Source of the DNA: a virus
Taxonomy: Duplodnaviria > Caudoviricetes
DNA length: 25,380 nt
IMG/VR virus record: IMGVR_UViG_3300023240_001054
Coordinates: 1-25,380 of that record
Strand: one strand, 5' to 3'
The notes beneath the pieces were generated by a model. That model searched no databases. It worked only from the letters and a program-made list of their open reading frames with translations, and had not been told where the DNA came from. Position 1 is the first letter of the stretch. Each line of letters opens with the position of its first letter. Made by a program: the position numbers and the translations under genes. This document shows positions 17,897 through 23,990 of the stretch, piece after piece.

Positions 17897-18328
17897 TTAT
17901 GCGGTTACTGTTGCTACTCGAAGAATGTTTCCAACAATAACTTTGTCGGCAACAGCTCCAATAACACCTGTTTGTAAGAACACAGCTTCGTCAGTCGTGT
18001 TGTTAGAGTGAGTGTTATTTACTTCAGATTTGTTTGCAAGTAGCATTTTCTGATAATTATCTGCAAGTGTAGGTGTGTTAGAAGCTCCAACTGTCCATTC
18101 TTGAGATGCGTCTACGATACATACCAATATTTCAGTTGCGTTTGAGGCTACTGTTTCCATTGCTACGGCGAAAACGTTTGTTGATGTTGTTGCAGCGGTA
18201 GCTGGCACTACGTCAATAGCGTCTGCTGTTCGGTCTAACATCACAAGGTCTCCAAGTGTGTACGCTTGAGAATCTATACGTACTTTTTTGTATACAGTCT
18301 CATTTGACTCTTTAATAAGTTTAAACAT
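17897..18328 (-). CDS. Capsid decoration / cement-like protein
   Basis: Between scaffold and capsid; beta-rich AYTLGDLVML, VFAVAMET. Probable start ATG at 18328 (MFKLIK), which avoids overlap with the scaffold gene. Confidence 0.55.
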   Translation of the reverse strand: MFKLIKESNETVYKKVRIDSQAYTLGDLVMLDRTADAIDVVPATAATTSTNVFAVAMETVASNATEILVCIVDASQEWTVGASNTPTLADNYQKMLLANKSEVNNTHSNNTTDEAVFLQTGVIGAVADKVIVGNILRVATVTA

Positions 18329-18344
18329 ATTTATTGTTAAGTTA

Positions 18345-19196
18345 TCAGCTAAATAATTCCTCTTTCTCTTCATCTGTAAACCCTTTCATCGCATCTATGC
18401 GTAGATCATGATTTACTGATTTTTTTACTTTAGGAGTTTTTTCAGCTGATGCTCCGGTGTGAGAAGCGACTTTTATCTTTTCACGTGAAGCATTAATTTT
18501 ATTAAGGTTTTTTTGTGGTTGAGTTCCAAAAATTTCTTTATGAACCTTGTTAAGTACTTTTTTCAAAGACTTGGGATCTGAAGGTGCAACATAGAGGTTA
18601 AACTCTGATTTAAACTGGTCCCATAGAACACCGTCTGAATCGTTTTCTGGAAGATACTCTGGATGTGCTTCAAGGAAAGAATCGAATTCGCTATTGTTTT
18701 TATCCGATGCAATTTCGTCTTTCTTTGCAAACCCCATCTTTGTAGCTATTTGCTCAAAACGCTTTAACTCATCTGGATCATATCCTGACAGCTCGTCGTC
18801 TGAATCATCTTTCTTTGATTTCTTACTTACAAACAATTCGTCTTGTCGTTCTTTTCGTAAGAGAGCTTTTAGCCTCGTAGTCTCTAGACGCAATGCGCGT
18901 TCTCTTGGTGTCTCACCTTCAACTGGTTTTGGTTCATCTTTTTTTGTCTCTTCCTCCTGATGATCTTCATCCTCTTCTGTAGAATCTTCGTCTTCATCTT
19001 CGGTGTCTTCTTCAGACTCCTCTGATTCGTCTTCATCTTCTTCATCTGGATTATCATCAGTATCGTTTTCTTGAGTAGAAGAATCCTCGTGAGTTTCGCT
19101 CTCATCTTCATCGACTAGCTCATCGTCCTTTGAAGGATCAATTTTTACTGTATCAACAAAGTCTTTTACTTCCTCGTTATTATTTTCTGTTTCCAT
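18345..19196 (-). CDS. Capsid scaffolding protein
   Basis: Very acidic disordered N-terminus, central helix ERALRLETTRLKALLRKER, terminal helix MKGFTDEEKEELFS; lies upstream of the capsid genes. Confidence 0.78.
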   Translation of the reverse strand: METENNNEEVKDFVDTVKIDPSKDDELVDEDESETHEDSSTQENDTDDNPDEEDEDESEESEEDTEDEDEDSTEEDEDHQEEETKKDEPKPVEGETPRERALRLETTRLKALLRKERQDELFVSKKSKKDDSDDELSGYDPDELKRFEQIATKMGFAKKDEIASDKNNSEFDSFLEAHPEYLPENDSDGVLWDQFKSEFNLYVAPSDPKSLKKVLNKVHKEIFGTQPQKNLNKINASREKIKVASHTGASAEKTPKVKKSVNHDLRIDAMKGFTDEEKEELFS

Positions 19197-19237
19197 AATT
19201 TTTTTACTCCCTTTTGTTACCCGCTGGAGAGAGCGGG
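19197..19237 (-). promoter_or_regulatory. Leader pseudoknot copy 1 (scaffold 5' UTR)
   Basis: CCCGC-UCUCUCCA-GCGGG-UAACAAAAG-GGAG-UAAAAAAAUU-AUG; loop CUCC is complementary to GGAG. Confidence 0.7.
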
Positions 19238-19241
19238 AATT

Positions 19242-19270
19242 AAAAACAGCCCTTTACTGGGAAGGGCTGT
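19242..19270 (-). terminator. Intrinsic terminator-like hairpin whose loop pairs with an upstream junction
   Basis: ACAGCCCUU-CCCAGUA-AAGGGCUGU followed by UUUUAAUU; perfect 9-bp stem, short U-tract. Confidence 0.55.
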
Positions 19271-19355
19271 GTAACTCTCACTATAGAGGTAAAACTGCGA
19301 CGTAAAACCTTTCAAGCAAGAGCTATACAGCTCTCCCCAGTAATCGCAGTTTAAC
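19242..19355 (-). ncRNA. Unrecognised structured RNA (multi-stem junction plus kissing pseudoknot)
   Basis: P1 AAACUGCGA/UCGCAGUUU (19352-19344 with 19300-19292); inner hairpin GAGAGCU-GUAU-AGCUCUU; junction UACUGGG (19342-19336) complementary to loop CCCAGUA (19261-19255). Confidence 0.65.
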
Positions 19356-19374
19356 TAATAAATTGACAAACTTT

Positions 19375-19635
19375 CTATTCTTTATCGTCTTCTATTTCTG
19401 ACTGAACATCTGCACTTTCGTCGTCCTCTCTTTCAGTGTCAACGTCAGCGTCAGATTTTTCAGGCACTTCTACTGTATCGTCTACAATATTAAGTGGTTC
19501 TTCTGTAGGTTCCGCAGGAATTACTTTTCCTGTTCCCTCGCAGTTGTTACAAGTTGTAACTGACCCTTGTCGTAAGATTGGAAAAGCTCCTGATCCTACA
19601 AGGCCTTCACCTGCGCATGTTTCGCAATTATTCAT
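19375..19635 (-). CDS. Small DnaJ-type zinc-finger protein with acidic tail
   Basis: Two CxxCxGxG motifs (CETCAGEG, CNNCEGTG), then a D/E-rich tail. Confidence 0.7.
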   Translation of the reverse strand: MNNCETCAGEGLVGSGAFPILRQGSVTTCNNCEGTGKVIPAEPTEEPLNIVDDTVEVPEKSDADVDTEREDDESADVQSEIEDDKE

Positions 19636-19972
19636 TGTTTATTTTTTTATTAATTTCCATTAATGGCGCATCAGCAAGTGACAACTGTTGAGCTTTATTT
19701 TTTTCTTTAAAATGCTTTGTAAAGAACGCAACTGATTTGTCTGAAAGTTCGATGTCTGTTTCAAATGGTGTGTCCCATTTGTATGAAGTAAGATTTCCGT
19801 CTTTATCTAAAACTTCAGCAAACTTACATTTCTTTTTATCTTCTTCACTAAGTGAAACCTGAGGAATATCCTTTAGTACTGCCTCCAGTGTTTCAACATC
19901 TCCTTTCACTTGATTGAAAACTCCTATCAGTTGGACTCGTTCTGCTATTCCTATTTTTATTGTTTTTGACAT
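19628..19972 (-). CDS. Hypothetical protein
   Basis: 114 aa, operon-coupled (8-nt overlap with the next gene), globular-looking composition. Confidence 0.7.
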   Translation of the reverse strand: MSKTIKIGIAERVQLIGVFNQVKGDVETLEAVLKDIPQVSLSEEDKKKCKFAEVLDKDGNLTSYKWDTPFETDIELSDKSVAFFTKHFKEKNKAQQLSLADAPLMEINKKINNE

Positions 19973-20000
19973 AATTTAAATTGATTAATTTGTTAAAGGT

Positions 20001-20546
20001 TTATCGAACTGGTCGATTAAGATTTTGTAAAACTAACTTAGCCCATTTTTCCACACCGTCTTCTCCTCTGAATTCTTCTCGCTCTAAGTTTACTGTTCGC
20101 CTATCTTCTTTCATTTCAGCTAAGTATTCTTTTGGAGCGTTAGAGAATTTTTCTGCTACAACTATTGTAAACAATAGTCCTCCTTCTTTTGGATACACTG
20201 TGTATGTTCGTGCTAGTCGCTCACCTAATACTTCTTTAGCTTTTGCGTTATATCGAGGATTAATTTCTGACATATCACTTGAAGCTTCGTCGATCTTTTT
20301 ATCTTCCTTAGCTGATGATACTGCATCTACCTCTGCGCTTTTAGGCTTATCTTTTATTAGGTCTACAATCTGTGCAAATGACTTATTCATTTCACCTTTC
20401 AAACTATCAAATTCTTCACGTGAAACAGATGGTACTTCAGATGGTTCATTTTCTTCAAATCCATCGTCTAAATCCATTGCTTCACTTACTACTGAATCTT
20501 CAATCTTTTCGTCTACTACCTTATCGTCTTTTTTCTTATTTGCCAT
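20001..20546 (-). CDS. Hypothetical protein with acidic scaffold-like N-terminus and globular C-terminus
   Basis: 181 aa; EVPSVSREEFDSLKGEM helix; shares a leader RNA motif with the scaffold gene. Confidence 0.7.
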   Translation of the reverse strand: MANKKKDDKVVDEKIEDSVVSEAMDLDDGFEENEPSEVPSVSREEFDSLKGEMNKSFAQIVDLIKDKPKSAEVDAVSSAKEDKKIDEASSDMSEINPRYNAKAKEVLGERLARTYTVYPKEGGLLFTIVVAEKFSNAPKEYLAEMKEDRRTVNLEREEFRGEDGVEKWAKLVLQNLNRPVR

Positions 20547-20588
20547 AATATTTTTTACTTCTTTATTTTACTTCCTGAAGAGGGGAAG
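20547..20588 (-). promoter_or_regulatory. Leader pseudoknot copy 2 (5' UTR of the 181-aa gene)
   Basis: CUUCC-CCUCUUCA-GGAAG-UAAAAUAAA-GAAG-UAAAAAAUAUU-AUG; loop CUUC is complementary to GAAG. Confidence 0.7.
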
Positions 20589-20606
20589 ATTATTAACGAC
20601 TACTAA

Positions 20607-21164
20607 TTAATTTACCATTCCACCGTCAGACGTACCTCTTCGACCTCGTCTTTTTTCTTGTCGGTAGTTTTTTGAGGCTCCTCGAGCTGCTTTATTTGAA
20701 ATTCGGTTAGCCTTTCTTACTGTCTTGCGAGTTAGTGGTTCTTGCCCTCTTGGAGTTACGTACTGTACTGGATTTCTTCCTGTCTTAGCTTTGTATGCTG
20801 CTTCTCTTGCTATAGAAACCGATACCCTTCTTGTCGCTACCTGTCCTTTTGTTGACTTCCGAGCTTCGTTGTAAGCTTTATTTGCAGCTTCTTGAACTTT
20901 TTTAGAAGGCTTTTTTGCTTTTTTCTTTGCATCTTTTTTGTTTTTTTCTTCTCGGTCTATCTTTGCATTAATTACATTAGCTCTTACTCTAAACAAAGGA
21001 TCAGTATGATCATTCTTCACTGGTTCAGATCCTTTTGCTCCTCGGACCATCTTCATGTCTTCAACAAGCTTGCTATCACGTCTAATCATGTTCCGAGCTT
21101 TCCTACGAGCAGGGAATGACAACACGTCAGAAGTTTTATCAATTATTTTTTTTATTGCCTTCAT
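20607..21164 (-). CDS. Highly basic protein, possible nucleic-acid-binding internal protein
   Basis: 185 aa, roughly 30% K+R by hand count (KKDAKKKAKKPSKK, KRRGRRG). Confidence 0.6.
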   Translation of the reverse strand: MKAIKKIIDKTSDVLSFPARRKARNMIRRDSKLVEDMKMVRGAKGSEPVKNDHTDPLFRVRANVINAKIDREEKNKKDAKKKAKKPSKKVQEAANKAYNEARKSTKGQVATRRVSVSIAREAAYKAKTGRNPVQYVTPRGQEPLTRKTVRKANRISNKAARGASKNYRQEKRRGRRGTSDGGMVN

Positions 21165-21170
21165 ACTAGT

Positions 21171-21199
21171 ATTATATCATTTTTAATTATTCTGGTAAA
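21171..21199 (-). promoter_or_regulatory. sigma70 promoter TTTACC-N17-TATAAT with extended TG, leaderless spacing
   Basis: TGATATAAT at 21179-21171, ATG 6 nt later; TTTACC at 21199-21194. Confidence 0.65.
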
Positions 21200-21546
21200 G
21201 AAAGTTCCTTTTCCTTAATTTCCTGTGCAACAATGTTCGGAACATTAATTGGAACTTGAACAACCATAAACTCTCCTTTCTTTAAATCTTTTGTTAACTT
21301 AACCTGTATCTCTTTCATATACTGGTGTCCAAGCTCTTGTTTTACTGGCATCATTAGTGATTGCTGTTCCTTTGTTGCAAGTACAAACATAAATGAAAAC
21401 AAGTCTGAATATTTTACGATTGATACGTTATCCCCAATAGCGATACGTACAGATTCTGGATATTTTTCGTCAAAATTAATATCAAGACCTACATCATTGA
21501 TTTCGTTCTGATCTTTTATTTCTGCTGAAGCTGGTTTATTAATCAT
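21187..21546 (-). CDS. Hypothetical protein
   Basis: 119 aa, 8-nt overlap with the upstream gene. Confidence 0.7.
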   Translation of the reverse strand: MINKPASAEIKDQNEINDVGLDINFDEKYPESVRIAIGDNVSIVKYSDLFSFMFVLATKEQQSLMMPVKQELGHQYMKEIQVKLTKDLKKGEFMVVQVPINVPNIVAQEIKEKELSLPE

Positions 21547-21766
21547 TTTTATCGAGAGCTACTCGCTCCATTGTATTTATAAATTCTTTCAATGCTGATA
21601 TTTTCGACTCTCTTTCAATAGCATTTTTTACTGTTTGAAATTCTGTATCCCCGACAAGGGTTCCCTTATTCCATAGTTCCACCATCGTTGCTTGCATTCG
21701 GTAGATGATTTCAAAATCACTGTTTCTAACTAATCTTTCTAATTGCTTTCTATCTATCTCAGTCAT
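21539..21766 (-). CDS. Small helical protein following the portal gene
   Basis: 75 aa helical; this position after the portal is common in podovirus-like head modules. Confidence 0.65.
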   Translation of the reverse strand: MTEIDRKQLERLVRNSDFEIIYRMQATMVELWNKGTLVGDTEFQTVKNAIERESKISALKEFINTMERVALDKND

Positions 21767-21771
21767 AATAA

Positions 21772-23970
21772 TTATTTCTTATCAACGAATAATCCTCCTA
21801 ATAGATTTTTCCCAGTTGGTGCGCTAATTTGTTCACGTGGAACCACTGTAGGTGACAACTGTTTTGTGTTTCCAGTATTACCTTGCATTGTGTGGCCTTC
21901 TTTTGCTCCTGTTTGGTTAGTCGTGTCTTGAATTTCTGGTGCTGGTGTTTCTTGTTCCTGGTCAATAACTCTTGTGTCTTTCAAGAGAGCTTGTCCAACA
22001 TCTGTATTAGCATCTGCTTTAACACTTACACTTATTTTTGGTTGCTCAGGTGCTGGAGGTGCTGGAGGTGCGGGAGGTTGGAACCATGCGTCAGGTAGCC
22101 AATCTTTTGGATCCTCTTCATTTACTTTACATAATTGAATTGCTGACTTCATTACAAGTTCAGGTGGTTGCTGTAATAGTGGAATAAGCATGTTTGCCAT
22201 TTCCGTCTTCATTTGCTTCATAATAGTTTCAGACTTATCAAGGATTGATCGAGGGATAACTTTAAAGATTCCCTTCCAGTTAAGTTGATCAATAGAGATT
22301 CCTGATCCTATTTGGAAATATTTATTCTTATCAGACTCAAATAGTTTACCGTCTTCTTCGTCTAGCTTAAGTGAAAGCTCGGGTAGATACGTTGCTGTTA
22401 CACCTTCTTGCTCTCCTGTCTCTTCGTTGTTTTTAGAAAATAATTCATTACGTTCGATTTGATTTTCTTTTTCAAAAGCAATCATTTCAGATTCGTTACC
22501 GAACTCTTTTACTTCTGGAGTTGAGTAGATTTGTTTCATCCACGATAGTGTAACGTATGCGTCTTGTTCGATAGCCCATGCGATGTTATCTAATGGAACC
22601 TTTAGTCGTTTTAGTGAAGCCTCTCTAGCAAGCTGCACTTCACCAAGAGTCTTTCCTGTAATTTCACCTTCTAGTGTTGGTGAAATACCAGAGCTTCCGT
22701 CAATACGGCTCTGTCTATAATCTAATCCTTTCCAAGCTTCAGCTCCGGGACCAGGAATTTCCATCCAATCAAACTTACCATTTGTAATTTGTTGTGACTG
22801 CCCTGGAACGATTTTAATAACTCCATCTCCAAGTACTCCTGATGTACCTGTATGAAATCCGAACTTCATAATAGAAAGTACCAACTGGTCAGACGTCATA
22901 TTGTCCATTTTGTCGTACAATGCTTTATCTTGTTTAATGATCTTCCAGATTGAGATACCGTAAGGGCTATCTGAACTACGAAGAATCCATGGTGTGTGCC
23001 ATAGAGAAAGATATCCATCATCATTAGGAAGTGGGCATTTGTGTAGAACTATATCTCCTATAGGAACTACAATAACGTAAGTATCTTTAAGTCTATTTTC
23101 GTAGAATCCAATAGTTACAATGTCCGAACGTTCAGCTGAAACATCCCCGTCTTCTTTTTGCCCATTCTTTTCAAAGTCGTATGAGACCTTAGAGTTTCTT
23201 TTAATGTATTTAAAATTTTCGTATTGTCCAAACTCTACTTCAGCTTCGTCGTAAGAATAGTCCATCTCGTAGTAACAATCATTTGTTGAGTACGTGTTGT
23301 AAGGTTTTGTTTGTTCGTCTATCCATGTTTTGTATGGAGACATTCTTTCTTTAGCAACGTCGTTAAACCAAACAAGCTCCTTGGTTTCATAAACATTATT
23401 TTTTGGATCTGCAGAATCGTACTCAGTAAGTATGTCTTTTTTGTAAGCAATCTTCTTAGGAAACGATCTTCCAACTGCCCATCCGTATTTTAGTAGGTCA
23501 AAAATGAAAAGGCGTAGCACTTGCTTCGAGTCGGTAACAGCCCAGTTTCTTTTCCACAGTGCATAAGCAATTTGAGTATTAGCTTCATACTTTTTAGAAA
23601 GCTCAGTAAGCATTCCTTCTGGATCATTTTCAATCAATACAGAAAAAGCTGTTTGGATTTTAACCAACAGAGAAGGTGAAGAGTTATTACTCCTCCAGTT
23701 TTGTGTTTGATCTCCAATAGGAACCATTCGAGAACGTAGTCCTGTATCTTGGTCTTGTTCAAATCTTTTTTTAGTTGTACCTAGTTCTAATTCGTGAGGT
23801 ATGTATTCAGAATCAGCTTCTTTCCAGTCTTTTTCAACACCTAAGCTAGCACGATAAGCTTGCATAGCATCCTTTCGTTTTTTAACAAAGGACTGCAGCT
23901 TTTTCTCATCCTTATCAGGATTATATATTTTAACTTTTTCTTCTGGTTCTAGATCTTTTGTTTTTTTCAT
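21772..23970 (-). CDS. Portal protein (P22-like, long)
   Basis: 732 aa directly after the terminase; motifs DLLKYGWAVG, SPYGISIW, SSGISPTLEG, KTLGEVQL. Confidence 0.85.
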   Translation of the reverse strand: MKKTKDLEPEEKVKIYNPDKDEKKLQSFVKKRKDAMQAYRASLGVEKDWKEADSEYIPHELELGTTKKRFEQDQDTGLRSRMVPIGDQTQNWRSNNSSPSLLVKIQTAFSVLIENDPEGMLTELSKKYEANTQIAYALWKRNWAVTDSKQVLRLFIFDLLKYGWAVGRSFPKKIAYKKDILTEYDSADPKNNVYETKELVWFNDVAKERMSPYKTWIDEQTKPYNTYSTNDCYYEMDYSYDEAEVEFGQYENFKYIKRNSKVSYDFEKNGQKEDGDVSAERSDIVTIGFYENRLKDTYVIVVPIGDIVLHKCPLPNDDGYLSLWHTPWILRSSDSPYGISIWKIIKQDKALYDKMDNMTSDQLVLSIMKFGFHTGTSGVLGDGVIKIVPGQSQQITNGKFDWMEIPGPGAEAWKGLDYRQSRIDGSSGISPTLEGEITGKTLGEVQLAREASLKRLKVPLDNIAWAIEQDAYVTLSWMKQIYSTPEVKEFGNESEMIAFEKENQIERNELFSKNNEETGEQEGVTATYLPELSLKLDEEDGKLFESDKNKYFQIGSGISIDQLNWKGIFKVIPRSILDKSETIMKQMKTEMANMLIPLLQQPPELVMKSAIQLCKVNEEDPKDWLPDAWFQPPAPPAPPAPEQPKISVSVKADANTDVGQALLKDTRVIDQEQETPAPEIQDTTNQTGAKEGHTMQGNTGNTKQLSPTVVPREQISAPTGKNLLGGLFVDKK

Positions 23971-23981
23971 ATATGATTAAT

Positions 23982-23990
23982 ATTATACCA
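23982..23990 (-). promoter_or_regulatory. Extended -10 promoter TGGTATAAT overlapping the terminase stop, 11 nt before the portal ATG
   Basis: Plus strand attatacca at 23982-23990; a second TATAAT lies at 24000-23995. Confidence 0.5.

Noticed and set aside
19197-19237. Assignment of the leader pseudoknot as a preQ1-I or SAM-II riboswitch
   Set aside because: The loop is shorter and lacks the conserved ligand-binding nucleotides, and the downstream genes are structural.
19269-19289. T7/T3-like promoter core TAACTCTCACTATAGAGG on the plus strand
   Set aside because: Single copy, antisense to all structural genes, lacks the upstream AT-rich/specificity match, and no phage RNA polymerase is visible.
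19242-19355. Assignment as ZTP or cobalamin riboswitch, or hammerhead/pistol/twister/HDV ribozyme
   Set aside because: The topology loosely recalls ZTP, but the conserved P3 GCC...UGGGC is missing; no B12 box context, CUGAUGA core or other ribozyme consensus was seen by eye.
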